Shown here piece after piece: positions 18,156 through 28,325 of a DNA stretch of 64,000 nt. The notes under the pieces are model-generated. The model saw only the letters and a list, made by a program, of their open reading frames with translations, made no database searches and was not told where the DNA came from. The translations under genes and the position numbers were made by a program. The stretch covers positions 564,903 through 628,902 of the forward strand of contig CAZBFM010000001.1 in assembly GCA_964491455.1 (NCBI GenBank), written 5' to 3'. The DNA is from an uncultured Candidatus Saccharibacteria bacterium. Lineage in GTDB: Bacteria > Patescibacteriota > Minisyncoccia > 2-02-FULL-40-12 > GWA2-44-9. Each line of letters begins with the position of its first letter. Position 1 is the stretch's first letter.

Positions 18156-20846
18156 ATGAATTTTCGCAAGGCATCTTCTATTATTCTGCTTCTTCTGATC
18201 ATCATCTGGCCTCAACCAGCGCACGCATTTGGCGAGGGGGCGATGGCGACCGTTTTGAGCGTTTTTAATGCCGTCATTGAAATTATTCAAGCGGCAATTG
18301 TGAAGCTTCTTATTACGTCGGGTCAACTCCTTCAAGACGTCATCCATCTTGAGATGTCGTACGGGGGAGCAGCTGTCTATATGGTCTGGAAAATCTTTCG
18401 CGATATTTGCAATTCGCTGTTTATCATCTTTTTCATCATCATCGCCTTTAGTACCATCTTCAACTCTATCGCCCCGAAAGGCTTAAAGCCCTATTTCTGG
18501 AAGGAAGCGCTCACCAATGTCATCTTGGCTGCGATTTTGATTAATTTTAGTCTCCCCATTGGGCAGGCGATGATATGGGCTGGCAACGCATCTGGTAGCT
18601 ATATGCTCAAGGCAATAGGAGTTGGCGATTTTGGCAAAAAAATTGCCGAAAATCTCAATTTTGCCGCTGTCATTGCTGGAACAAGCGCACAGCAATATCC
18701 CACCGTTTCTGTAGACTTTCCGGAATCGAGCAATCTTTCCGCTGCCAACCTCACTGGCGTTCAGTCTTGGGTAGCTGCATCGCAATACGACACAGCACTT
18801 GGCCAGGCAGCACGCGCTGCAATACCCGTTATGAAAAAGTGTCTGGAAGCGAATCGTCCGCCAGTGGAATGCTACAACGAGGGAGTCGCTATGCATAAAA
18901 ATGAATTGATAGTTGCCGCCGACAAAGACGCCAAGGCAAAAGCGGCGGCGGAAAAAGCGCAAGCTGATTACGACGCTTGTATGAATCCATCATCGCCGAA
19001 TCGAGATAGCGTCGTCGTAAAAAATTGCGGTGAAAAACCACCTTCCGCTCCTAGCTCCGACTACCTAATGGACGCCGGGCAGTATACTCGTTTCTTTGGA
19101 TCTATGCTTCTCACTGGAAAGTGGGCAATCACCGCGCCCTCGGGCCCCACAGACTTAGACGGGCAGGTGAGTTTATTACTAAGTAATATCCTTCATCTCA
19201 TAATGATGCTTGCCATCGTATTGTCGTTTTCATCGATCATCATCTTCCAGGTTGCGCGTATTCCTGCGGGATGGTTTCTCCTCTCATCGTCGGCAATGGC
19301 ATTTTTTTCGATAGCTATGCCAGGCTCAACTCTCTTTGGTAAGTGGCGCGATAATATGATTGGATGGGCACTCTTTACGCCGCTCTATCTTTTTGTGATT
19401 TATATTGGATTGTTTGTGCTCGAACAACGAGGCACGCTTTTGGCAAGCATGAGCAACGCTCAGATGCCATTTTTCATGGGTAAACTGGGAATTGTACTCT
19501 TCTACTTCATCACGGCATTTATTTTCATGCGTGGTGCGAAGTGGGCACAAGAAACGGCATTCGGGTATAGCAAGATGGCGGGCACAGCATTTGGCGCAAT
19601 CGCGTCGAGGATGGGTGTCGATGAGAAGTCCAACTTTGGCCTCACAACAGCGGCGGGTGGTCTAGCGAAGTATTCTGGCGCACAAGGAGCCTACGAGTCC
19701 GTGAAAGCCACGGGCGAGGCACGCATCGCAAAGATGAAGCAGGGGATCTCTGACAGCTCGTTTTTGGCAATGCCTTCTTATTTGCGATCTAAAACCTATG
19801 CTGAAAAACTTGCTGAGGGCAAAGCCGCGATGGGAGTGCGCGGCGCGGATGCCGAAGTGGATAAATTCCTTCAAGAAAGGATCAAGGGTCACAAAGAAAG
19901 AATTGAATACGAGGCAGATAAAATCACTGATAAAACTAAGAAAACCGCCTATCTTCAATCTCAACTCAACAGCGGAAATCGCGATGTAGCGCTGGCCGCT
20001 GGCGAGATACTCCTCAAGCAAGGGAAGCTCACCCCAGCTCAAATCTCTATGCTTTCTGGTAAGTATGGAGACATTTCTCAGGTCGCTAAGAAAGAATTCC
20101 AGAAGCGAGTCACTGAGCAATCCAAGAAAGATGCGCGCAAATTGGTCCCAGCAAATTTTGCAGAACTACTAGAGCGCGTAAAAGTAGCTGGAAAATCAGA
20201 AGACAAACGGGCATTCCTTGAAGCTGGTTTATCAGGAGAGATAGGCCAGATGAAGCTATCCGGTGCAGACTTATTAGCGCTCACGGGTGAAATGGATAGC
20301 GTCGAAGACAAACGGGCATTCCTTGAAGCTGCCACTAAAACCGGCCGCAACAAAGTAACTGCCATTGAAACTATGGCCAACCTTGGGCTCATAACGGATC
20401 GAAATGGTGTTAAAACTTCTGCGGCTGAAGCGATTGAAGACCGTGCGAAATCTTTATCAGATGTAGATCTACTGGATGCAGAAGAGTACTTTCATGCCGG
20501 AGGGAAGCCCATGTCTCCAGTATTGAAGGAGAAAATGAAGCAATCAATTAAGAATCCGGAAAAGTTTGGTCAAATTATAAGAAACGTCTCGGGTCCAGAT
20601 CAGCAACTACGAATACTCGATGAATTTTCAGATATAAAACACGCTAGTTCAATTGCGCGACGGGACGTTAAAGAACTTGAAAAGAAAGAGCGGAAATACG
20701 CGAAAGGAATCAAGCAATTACAAAAGAAGGCTGATAAATTGGTCGGTGCTAAGAAGAAACGAATAGAAGACTGGATTGAGGATTTGGAGGTAAAACGAAG
20801 CGAAATGAAGGAAGAGATGCAGAAAAAGAAAAAAGAAATAACTTAA
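18156..20846 (+). CDS. polytopic membrane protein, VirB6/TrbL-like (putative), with Lys-rich coiled-coil C-terminus
   Basis: At least 7 predicted TM helices in the first ~480 aa, then a long charged or coiled-coil tail ending KKKKEIT. Lies 1.5 kb upstream of virB4. Confidence 0.45.
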   Translation: MNFRKASSIILLLLIIIWPQPAHAFGEGAMATVLSVFNAVIEIIQAAIVKLLITSGQLLQDVIHLEMSYGGAAVYMVWKIFRDICNSLFIIFFIIIAFSTIFNSIAPKGLKPYFWKEALTNVILAAILINFSLPIGQAMIWAGNASGSYMLKAIGVGDFGKKIAENLNFAAVIAGTSAQQYPTVSVDFPESSNLSAANLTGVQSWVAASQYDTALGQAARAAIPVMKKCLEANRPPVECYNEGVAMHKNELIVAADKDAKAKAAAEKAQADYDACMNPSSPNRDSVVVKNCGEKPPSAPSSDYLMDAGQYTRFFGSMLLTGKWAITAPSGPTDLDGQVSLLLSNILHLIMMLAIVLSFSSIIIFQVARIPAGWFLLSSSAMAFFSIAMPGSTLFGKWRDNMIGWALFTPLYLFVIYIGLFVLEQRGTLLASMSNAQMPFFMGKLGIVLFYFITAFIFMRGAKWAQETAFGYSKMAGTAFGAIASRMGVDEKSNFGLTTAAGGLAKYSGAQGAYESVKATGEARIAKMKQGISDSSFLAMPSYLRSKTYAEKLAEGKAAMGVRGADAEVDKFLQERIKGHKERIEYEADKITDKTKKTAYLQSQLNSGNRDVALAAGEILLKQGKLTPAQISMLSGKYGDISQVAKKEFQKRVTEQSKKDARKLVPANFAELLERVKVAGKSEDKRAFLEAGLSGEIGQMKLSGADLLALTGEMDSVEDKRAFLEAATKTGRNKVTAIETMANLGLITDRNGVKTSAAEAIEDRAKSLSDVDLLDAEEYFHAGGKPMSPVLKEKMKQSIKNPEKFGQIIRNVSGPDQQLRILDEFSDIKHASSIARRDVKELEKKERKYAKGIKQLQKKADKLVGAKKKRIEDWIEDLEVKRSEMKEEMQKKKKEIT

Positions 20847-20849
20847 TTC

Positions 20850-21365
20850 ATGAATCCAGAGATAGTAGCCGAAAAAATACCAGCGCCGTTCATCTGTCTT
20901 TTGATGGGGAGGGACGCGGATGAACAATATCTGCTTTCTGCCGCTTTCCTAGCGCTCGATGATTCTGAGCAAGAGATTCTAGTCGGGGAAAGTACTGTCA
21001 AAGAAATTGCAACCTGGATTTCGAGTGGTTTATTACCTCAAACCCATGCGGTCGCGATAGCAAAAATCATAGGAATGCTAGCATTAGAAGACGACATCTC
21101 CCCGGGCGCACTTCCTCAAATTCTCGATAGCATCGGCATTCAATCTGCGGCAAAGTTAATTCTCTCTGAAAAGATAACTCAACTCGTTCAGCCATTCCTT
21201 GAAGACACGAACGAATTTGAACCCGAAACACCTCCTTCGCAGTCCCTTAATTCGACACCAACCATCGCGCCGCTGTCGCCGCTTAGAACATCGAAGCCTG
21301 TGCCCGTGCCACCTCCGCCAAACCGTACTACAATAGACCTACGAGATAAGAAATTAACACCGTGA
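20850..21365 (+). CDS. hypothetical protein (Pro-rich C-terminus)
   Basis: 171 aa, tightly packed between the TrbL-like and VirB3-like genes. Confidence 0.45.
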   Translation: MNPEIVAEKIPAPFICLLMGRDADEQYLLSAAFLALDDSEQEILVGESTVKEIATWISSGLLPQTHAVAIAKIIGMLALEDDISPGALPQILDSIGIQSAAKLILSEKITQLVQPFLEDTNEFEPETPPSQSLNSTPTIAPLSPLRTSKPVPVPPPPNRTTIDLRDKKLTP

Positions 21366-21679
21366 GATTTCAAGTCCCACAATTTATTGATACCGAGACC
21401 AAGCTCATTGGGCCTTTCACGTTAATGCAGTTTTTGTTTGTAGCTGGCGGCGTGAGCCTACTTTCGGTTGTGTGGATACTCTTCAACGGCATTTTGTTTG
21501 CCATTCTCGCGCTCCTCATCGCTGCATTTTTTGGCTCACTCGCATTCTTGCGTATCGATGGGCAGCCATTTCTCAATTATTTAGCCTACATGTTGGCGTA
21601 TGCGCTTGGCTCTAAGAGGGCAGTGTATCAAATCAAGCAGGAACCGAATCAATTTACTCCACCCACGCATGGCAACTGA
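21362..21679 (+). CDS. small two-TM membrane protein, VirB3-like (putative)
   Basis: 105 aa with two TM helices. Encoded immediately upstream of virB4 with an 11-nt overlap, as virB3 is in T4SS operons. Confidence 0.4.
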   Translation: MRFQVPQFIDTETKLIGPFTLMQFLFVAGGVSLLSVVWILFNGILFAILALLIAAFFGSLAFLRIDGQPFLNYLAYMLAYALGSKRAVYQIKQEPNQFTPPTHGN

Positions 21680-22307
21680 AACCTCTACAACCGATCTCAT
21701 TCAAATTCAGGAATTGCGTGATGGGGTGCTTATCCTTAAAGACGGGTCGTTACGCGCCGTGGTCAAGATATCGGCAATCAATTTTGAGCTTCGCTCAAGC
21801 GATGAACAGCAAGCAATCCTGCAGCAGTTTGGGGCGTTTATGAATTCCATTGATTTTCCAATACAAATGGTTGCTCATTCTCGTCGATTCGATATTACTA
21901 CCTACCTCGCTAATCTTGAATCGGCTACGCAAGGTCTCACCAACGACCTCCTGAAGGTGCAGTCGGGGGAGTATGCAAGATTTGTTCGCGAATTGTCAGA
22001 GCTCGCCAATATCATGCAAAAGAATTTCTACGTCGTACTCCCTATGGAGGTCACAGCAACATCCGAAAGTACGGGATTCTTTGGAGGCATCAAGGAGATG
22101 TTTAAGAAAACACAAAGAGCACAATCGCTCTCGTCAGACCAGCTCGCCCTGTTTCGCTCTCAGCTCCAGCAACGCGCTGACCTGATATTAGGAAGCGTCT
22201 CTGGTATGGGCCTGAAGGGCTCTATGCTTGAGCAGGAAGAGCTCGTAGCTCTGTTCAATGATGTCTACAACCCCGTTGTACCCGCCGCACCTCAACCTAA
22301 CGCGTAA
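21669..22307 (+). CDS. virB4: VirB4/TrbE N-terminal domain fragment (ends at in-frame TAA 22305-22307)
   Basis: IQIQELRDGVLILKDGSLRAVVKISAINFEL..QQAILQQFGAFMNSIDFPIQM matches the VirB4/CagE N-terminal domain. It is in the same frame as the following ATPase ORF. Confidence 0.6.
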   Translation: MATETSTTDLIQIQELRDGVLILKDGSLRAVVKISAINFELRSSDEQQAILQQFGAFMNSIDFPIQMVAHSRRFDITTYLANLESATQGLTNDLLKVQSGEYARFVRELSELANIMQKNFYVVLPMEVTATSESTGFFGGIKEMFKKTQRAQSLSSDQLALFRSQLQQRADLILGSVSGMGLKGSMLEQEELVALFNDVYNPVVPAAPQPNA

Positions 22308-22310
22308 CCT

Positions 22311-24056
22311 ATGGAACTACCACCTGTCGGAGTATCTACAACACTTGCGCCCTCGGCAATAAAAATATCGCCCAACTTTTTGCAGGTCGGCGACAAATAC
22401 GCACGAACCATCTTTATAGCGACCTATCCGAGATTCTTAAATGCCAACTGGCTCTCGCCCATAGTGAACCTTGATAAGGTGCTCGATGTTTCGATTTTCG
22501 TAACACCGCAATCGACCGCCACTATGCTCAAGCAGTTGCGCGACCAGCTCACTCGCGTGCAATCTCAACTCATGGAAGAAGAGTCGGCGGGAAAAGTGAG
22601 AAACCCCATGCTTGAAACGGCAGTCGGTGACTTGGAATCGCTGCGTGATAGCCTTCAACAGGGGACCGAGCGATTCTTCCAGGTTGGACTCTACGTCACC
22701 ATGTATGAAAACAGCCTCCACGACCTCGACGAAACAGAGGGGAAGATAAAAAGCATACTCGATGGCCTCCTCGTGATTCCTAAGCAGACATCGTTTCGGA
22801 TGCTGGAAGGTTTTCTCACTACCTCGCCACTGGCCGATGATCGCATCCGTGCATTGACCCCGCTCAATACTCAACCCATCTCGTCGATGTTCCCGTTTGT
22901 GTCCAGCGACCTTACTTCCAACACGGGTATTCTATACGGTATCAACACCACCAATAACAGCATGGTGATATTTGATAGGTTCTCGCTTGAAAACGCAAAC
23001 TCCGTCATGTTTGCAAAATCAGGAGCCGGAAAAAGCTACACGGTGAAGCTTGAGCTTCTTCGCTATCTCTATCTGGGAACGCAGGTTCTCGTCATTGACC
23101 CTGAAAATGAGTATGGCTTTTTAGCGGATACTGTCGGAGGCACCAACGTTATAATCTCCATCAATTCCGATCAGCATATTAATCCGTTTGATTTACCAAC
23201 ACCGAAAGACGAAGAGTCTTGGAGTGACGTATTTAATTCGCATATCCTAAACTTAGCCGGACTCATGAAGCTCATCATGGGAGGGGGACTCACGCCCGAA
23301 GAAGAATCCATGCTCGATGAGGCGCTCATTCAAACATATGCGATTAAAGATATTGTGCCCGATTCAGATTTCTCCAAGCTTCCACCGCCTATCCTTTCTG
23401 ATCTTCACAACATTCTCTCCGGCATCACCGGCGCGGAGCGGATGGCAACACGTTTGGAAAAGTTTACCACGGGTACCTTTGCGGGCTTCTTGAATCATCC
23501 GACCAATGTACCACTCGATAATAACCTCGTTGTATTTGGTCTTCGTGACTTAGAGGACGAGCTCCGTCCAATCGCGATGTATTCGGTGCTTAATTATATC
23601 TGGGCGCAGGTGCGTCGTATACGAAAGAAGCGAATTCTCGTGGTAGATGAGGCGTGGGTACTCATGAAATACCAGACCGGTGCAGAATTCTTATTCAATA
23701 TCGCAAAGCGTGGACGTAAGTATTACTGCGGACTCTCGACGATCAGCCAAGACATTCCCGACTTCATGTCCACGCCGCAGGGGAAGGCAATCGTCACCAA
23801 CTCATCGATGCAAATGCTCATGAAACAATCACCCGCTTCCATCGATATCATTCAGCAAACGTTCAACCTTACCGATTCTGAGAAATTCTACCTCCTGGAA
23901 GCACGCGTAGGCTTTGGATTGTTCTTCCTCGGCGCTAACCACGTGGGCCTGCGAGTAATGGCTTCGTACGCAGAAGATCAAATCATCACATCCGATCCTC
24001 GTCAGCTTCTCGAGATAGAGAAGGCAAAAGAGGAGTGGGCTAAAGTAGGCAATTAA
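22311..24056 (+). CDS. virB4: VirB4/TrbE/CagE-family type IV secretion ATPase (C-terminal ATPase part)
   Basis: Walker A FAKSGAGKSYTVK, Walker B ILVVDEAW, and VGDKYARTIFIATYP at the start of the middle domain. Confidence 0.85.
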   Translation: MELPPVGVSTTLAPSAIKISPNFLQVGDKYARTIFIATYPRFLNANWLSPIVNLDKVLDVSIFVTPQSTATMLKQLRDQLTRVQSQLMEEESAGKVRNPMLETAVGDLESLRDSLQQGTERFFQVGLYVTMYENSLHDLDETEGKIKSILDGLLVIPKQTSFRMLEGFLTTSPLADDRIRALTPLNTQPISSMFPFVSSDLTSNTGILYGINTTNNSMVIFDRFSLENANSVMFAKSGAGKSYTVKLELLRYLYLGTQVLVIDPENEYGFLADTVGGTNVIISINSDQHINPFDLPTPKDEESWSDVFNSHILNLAGLMKLIMGGGLTPEEESMLDEALIQTYAIKDIVPDSDFSKLPPPILSDLHNILSGITGAERMATRLEKFTTGTFAGFLNHPTNVPLDNNLVVFGLRDLEDELRPIAMYSVLNYIWAQVRRIRKKRILVVDEAWVLMKYQTGAEFLFNIAKRGRKYYCGLSTISQDIPDFMSTPQGKAIVTNSSMQMLMKQSPASIDIIQQTFNLTDSEKFYLLEARVGFGLFFLGANHVGLRVMASYAEDQIITSDPRQLLEIEKAKEEWAKVGN

Positions 24057-24061
24057 CACCA

Positions 24062-25063
24062 ATGCCCGAGCAATTATCCCAACGCAGCGCCTCGCCACGG
24101 ATGACCGATATTCGGCCGCAGCAACTTCGTGCGCCTTCGATTCCATTGCCATCCCGCAGTGACCACGTTGCGTCCAGAAAAACTAGTTCATCTCAACTCA
24201 ATACAATCCTCGACGGCTATGATCATGCGACTGCACTTTTTGCATCCCTTCGAAGAACTCAGCAGGGAATCTCTAGCGCATATACACAGGTTCAAAAAGG
24301 TCACGCACGCGAAATGGACGACGCCTCACTCGATGCCGCACGAAAGGTAAAGAAACCCTCTAAGCTTCGGTATTCGCTCTTCATTTGGCTTTGTATTATT
24401 GCAGATACCGCTGGCGCGGCTCTCATAACCGGAGCTTTTGCGGCAGCCCCAGAAACGTTTGGAGTTGGCGCGGTTCTAGGAATTCTAGTAACGATATTGA
24501 TAACGATCATCATGTGGATTGGATCTAGAATTTTTCTAGGAAAACGAGCAAAGGAAGTAAAAGAACACATCGACCAGTTGCGAGAAAAATCAAAGGATCT
24601 TGCACGTGACATTCAGGTGGCACAACAACAATACAACAATCTGTTGACCTGGATGGGCACTGCGAAGAAAGAATTCCCTCAGCTGGCCTCGCAAGGAAGC
24701 GCGCTTATTGTAAAAGCAGGCGCTCTTGCACAGAAAACAAACATGATTAAATACTCTGGAAAAGCCATGATTTGGGTGAGTAACATCATAAAAAATCCTA
24801 TCTTCGTCCGCATCAGCGAGTTAATTCCTTTTTGGAATATATTGCCCTGGTGGACGATTGGCGCGGTAGCAACATACATCTCGCATAAGGCTGACTGGCG
24901 TGAGGCACAAGATATACTAAATGGTTATACGAGCGGCAAACAAGAAGTAATGAACACTACTAGCGCACTCTATAAAACGCGCCTTGCTCTGACTCAAGCA
25001 ATTTTCAAAAAGAATATCAATACATTAACTGCAAACCAACTTCATGAAGCGGCGACAACTTAA
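24062..25063 (+). CDS. hypothetical membrane protein of the T4SS-like cluster
   Basis: 333 aa with TM helices around residues 105-150 and a coiled-coil segment. No known domain. Confidence 0.5.
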   Translation: MPEQLSQRSASPRMTDIRPQQLRAPSIPLPSRSDHVASRKTSSSQLNTILDGYDHATALFASLRRTQQGISSAYTQVQKGHAREMDDASLDAARKVKKPSKLRYSLFIWLCIIADTAGAALITGAFAAAPETFGVGAVLGILVTILITIIMWIGSRIFLGKRAKEVKEHIDQLREKSKDLARDIQVAQQQYNNLLTWMGTAKKEFPQLASQGSALIVKAGALAQKTNMIKYSGKAMIWVSNIIKNPIFVRISELIPFWNILPWWTIGAVATYISHKADWREAQDILNGYTSGKQEVMNTTSALYKTRLALTQAIFKKNINTLTANQLHEAATT

Positions 25064-26201
25064 TTTTATGTCACCTTCGCCTCACTCTCTTCGCACTCTT
25101 CAAGTGAGCACCTTTGTCGTACTGGCAAGTTGCGTCGCGCTAGGATCTGCTCTCATAGGTAAGAACGGAGAGACCACAGATTTAACCGCTTCCATCGCTG
25201 ACGCCACCTCACCCTCAACGCCCACTACCTCAATCGAACCACCACGCGAGCGAACTCCAAAAGTAGTAAGTGAAAACACTGTTCTCTCGTCTGCGGTTGA
25301 CCAAGGTCGAGATTCAATACGATTCTTTGAGAAAGATACTGGCAAGTCATTTCGAGTTGATGTATCAAATCTCACAACCTCAATTATCTCCGCGGATAAG
25401 ATTATCGGTTTTCAAAGGGGAGCGTGGGTGCCACTCGCACAAGGCGCTCTTATCTTTGCTCGTGAGCCGTCTGGCGTTCGTGTAAAATACCTTCGCTTCA
25501 GTAATCAATCATCAATCACACTCGATAGTTCGTTTGTAGATGCAGCGGTTTCCCCAGATGGGCAGCGTGGGGCTTTCATTCAGGAAAACAACAATGATTC
25601 GCGCACGATCCTTACCGCAGCTCTTGATGGATCAAATCCGAGAGAATACCTCGTGACCCGCGCATCGGATATGCGTCTGTATTGGAAATCAAATGATGCG
25701 CTTTCATTTACCTCACGAAGATCGGACCATGCAGGCTATGACCTTACAATTGTTGACTCCGCACATATCTTGAGACAACTACTGACGAACAAGGAGAATC
25801 TTGAATTGTCTTGGTCGCCCGATGGGAAGCGTCTTTTGTACTCGTATTTTAGCCCAACTGATGGAGTTTCGTTGTGGATCTGGGATGAGAACACCGCAAT
25901 GAGCGCGCCACTTCTCGTACCGACGAGTGCACAGAAATGTGCATGGACTCCACAGGGGGATTCTATTGTCTGTGGTATTCCCGCAAAAAACACTCTCACT
26001 CGCGATATACCTGCCGATAAAACGGCAACGATAGATAATATCGAAGTCATCGACCCCACAACGAATGCGCGACGTCGTATATACACGGGCGTCCCTGGTC
26101 GTCTATTTGGAGTAACAAAACCGCTCGTAACAACGAGCGGGGAATACTTCGTTTTCACGAATATGTTTGACGCTCGGCTCTATGTAGTGCCACTACAATA
26201 A
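25044..26201 (+). CDS. secreted protein, TolB/WD40-like beta-propeller (putative)
   Basis: Signal peptide and repeated ...DG.R..Y....DG.S.W.W... blades (SPDGQRGAFIQ, SPDGKRLLYSY). Confidence 0.45.
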   Translation: MKRRQLNFMSPSPHSLRTLQVSTFVVLASCVALGSALIGKNGETTDLTASIADATSPSTPTTSIEPPRERTPKVVSENTVLSSAVDQGRDSIRFFEKDTGKSFRVDVSNLTTSIISADKIIGFQRGAWVPLAQGALIFAREPSGVRVKYLRFSNQSSITLDSSFVDAAVSPDGQRGAFIQENNNDSRTILTAALDGSNPREYLVTRASDMRLYWKSNDALSFTSRRSDHAGYDLTIVDSAHILRQLLTNKENLELSWSPDGKRLLYSYFSPTDGVSLWIWDENTAMSAPLLVPTSAQKCAWTPQGDSIVCGIPAKNTLTRDIPADKTATIDNIEVIDPTTNARRRIYTGVPGRLFGVTKPLVTTSGEYFVFTNMFDARLYVVPLQ

Positions 26202-26202
26202 C

Positions 26203-26661
26203 CTACGCAGACGGCTTAATAACGACACGCCGGAGCGGATCTTGTCCTACGCTTTCGGTGGAAAGATCACTATAGGAAGCAAGCTCAGTGTGCACAACAC
26301 GACGCTGATAGGATGTCATTGGCTCGAGAGCTTCGGAGCGCTTTGTCTGCTGAACACGCACGGCCGTCGCATGGACTATATCGATGAGTTGTTGTGTCTG
26401 TTCGGCGCGATAGTTATTGACATCAACGGTCACCGCTCGCTGATCAAGCTCATTACGAACTGCCACCATCCGTACGATATGCTCTAATGCTTTGAGGTTT
26501 TGCCCGTTCTTTCCGATAAGCAACCTTCCGTCCTCGGCAACGCTCAGCGCAACACGTACCGCTCCATTCTCAGCGGTAACCGACAGCTCGCAGGGGATTT
26601 GCATGCACGATGTTACGTGGCGAACAAATTCTTCGATTTTTTGTGTCGAGCTTGAGCTCAT
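26203..26661 (-). CDS. jag: Jag/KhpB RNA-binding protein (KH + R3H)
   Basis: KH-like LLIGKNGQNLKALEHI and R3H YQRRVVHTELA motifs. Lies 3' of yidC as in the canonical operon. Confidence 0.8.
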   Translation of the reverse strand: MSSSSTQKIEEFVRHVTSCMQIPCELSVTAENGAVRVALSVAEDGRLLIGKNGQNLKALEHIVRMVAVRNELDQRAVTVDVNNYRAEQTQQLIDIVHATAVRVQQTKRSEALEPMTSYQRRVVHTELASYSDLSTESVGQDPLRRVVIKPSA

Positions 26662-26675
26662 GTGGCAAGTATGCC

Positions 26676-27356
26676 TTATGAACGCCGTAAATACAACTGC
26701 TCACCAATTGACCAAAGCGAGGTGGTTACCCAATAGAGAGCGAGTCCCGCTGGCAAGTTCCAGCTAATCACAATAATCATCACCGGGAGCATATACATCA
26801 TCTGCTGACCGATAGCGGCCGTCTGCGGTGAAGAAGATTGACTTGCCATAGCGGTGCGCGCCTGGAAAAACTGGGTCACTCCTGCGAGTATGGCAAGGAT
26901 CGGATTTTTCGCACTAATATCGAGGACACCGAACATCATGTGATTTATCACGCCTGGGTGCGGCATAAATGAATACAGTAGATTGAGTGTCTCCGGTTTA
27001 AATATATTAAGAAACACCTGGTACACACCTATAAGAATAGGTAGCTGCAACAGCAGAGGGACGCAACCAGCTAGGGGATTAACTCCTTTTTCTTTATAGA
27101 GTGCCATCACCGCCTCAGATTGAGCGGTTGTATTTCCTTTATGTGTTTCTTTAAGTTTCTCTATATGCGGGGCTAGCTCCGCCATCGCTTTTTGTGACTT
27201 TGCTGTTTTGATCGAGAGTGGTAGTAGTGCGGCACGCACAACGACGGTCATCGCTATGATCGCAACGCCGAGATCATGAAATCCCAATGTCGAATACAGG
27301 AGAACTGTAAGGTTGAGGATGGGTTGATAAACAAGGGATGTGAATAAAGATTTCAT
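26676..27356 (-). CDS. yidC: membrane protein insertase YidC (short form)
   Basis: Conserved NPLAGCVPLLLQLPIL region and 5 TM helices. Confidence 0.9.
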   Translation of the reverse strand: MKSLFTSLVYQPILNLTVLLYSTLGFHDLGVAIIAMTVVVRAALLPLSIKTAKSQKAMAELAPHIEKLKETHKGNTTAQSEAVMALYKEKGVNPLAGCVPLLLQLPILIGVYQVFLNIFKPETLNLLYSFMPHPGVINHMMFGVLDISAKNPILAILAGVTQFFQARTAMASQSSSPQTAAIGQQMMYMLPVMIIVISWNLPAGLALYWVTTSLWSIGEQLYLRRS

Positions 27357-27586
27357 GTGGAGTGTGTTTGTTGTGCTACAAAAAATGAGTGACAGCCAGC
27401 AAAACGTCGAACCGCTTTCATGGTGCCAATAACAACACCGTGATTTTCAATAACAGAATATGCGTACTCAGAACAGGTTGGCCATGAACAGCATCCCGAA
27501 TACGCCGGCAACAAAAAGGGAGTGGCCACGCCACTTCGCGTAATCGCTTGATACAATCGAATACCCCTCAGGAGGATGTCCTTCAT
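27353..27586 (-). CDS. yidD: membrane protein insertion efficiency factor YidD
   Basis: CxxxPSCSEY signature (CSWPTCSEYA). Confidence 0.85.
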   Translation of the reverse strand: MKDILLRGIRLYQAITRSGVATPFLLPAYSGCCSWPTCSEYAYSVIENHGVVIGTMKAVRRFAGCHSFFVAQQTHST

Positions 27587-27927
27587 GACTGAAGGATACC
27601 AGATTTCTTGAGTAGCAGCATTAGCGTTGCTTCGAGTTCATCCTGAGAGTTCGGCGTACTACGAACAGTAACAAGGAGGGAATAGCCTGTGCGTATTTTA
27701 TGCTGCGCAATGAGGTGTCTCATACATTCTAATACTTTTCGCTTCATCTCGTTTCTCATGTGCGCCTTTGCAATGCCGCTCGACGGCACCACAACAGCAA
27801 CTCTATAGTCTGCGGTAGTAGGCTGAATTCGTAAGGAAAATCCCAGCACATTACTAGGACGCGTGGAAGAAAACAGCGTTGAAATATCTTTTGCCCGCTT
27901 TAGACGATGTCGTTTTGGGAGTGCCAT
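27583..27927 (-). CDS. rnpA: ribonuclease P protein component
   Basis: Basic 114-aa protein (LPKRHRLKRAKD...), positioned between rpmH and yidD. Confidence 0.85.
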   Translation of the reverse strand: MALPKRHRLKRAKDISTLFSSTRPSNVLGFSLRIQPTTADYRVAVVVPSSGIAKAHMRNEMKRKVLECMRHLIAQHKIRTGYSLLVTVRSTPNSQDELEATLMLLLKKSGILQS

Positions 27928-27978
27928 AATGAGATATCCACTCTAACAGCACACCGCCCCTTGTTGGGGCGGTGTTGA

Positions 27979-28116
27979 CTACACAGAAAGACGTGCTCGT
28001 CCCTTTGATCTCCGACGGGCGAGAACCTTCCGACCTGACTTTGTTTCCATACGAGAAAGAAACCCATGTTTGCGGCTCCGTTTCAGTTTCTTTGGGCGAA
28101 AGCGTGTAATTTTCAT
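27979..28116 (-). CDS. rpmH: 50S ribosomal protein L34
   Basis: Hand-translated 45 aa [45 protein letters not shown]. Not in the ORF track because it is under 60 aa. Confidence 0.85.
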   Translation of the reverse strand: MKITRFRPKKLKRSRKHGFLSRMETKSGRKVLARRRSKGRARLSV

Positions 28117-28325
28117 AGCGTCGTTGTGTGATATGCGCACGTAAGCGCTTCAGTGAGAAGTCTACTATGTTTGATCATGCGAGTCAATATTTACCCGCAG
28201 TTTTCCACCTGTTATAAACACTCTATCAACTTATTGAGGTTTACTGTTCGCTTGAGAGAGTTTCATAGGACTGTATACTGGCGACACATGAGAAGCACGC
28301 GTATGATTTTTCTAATTCGTAATTC

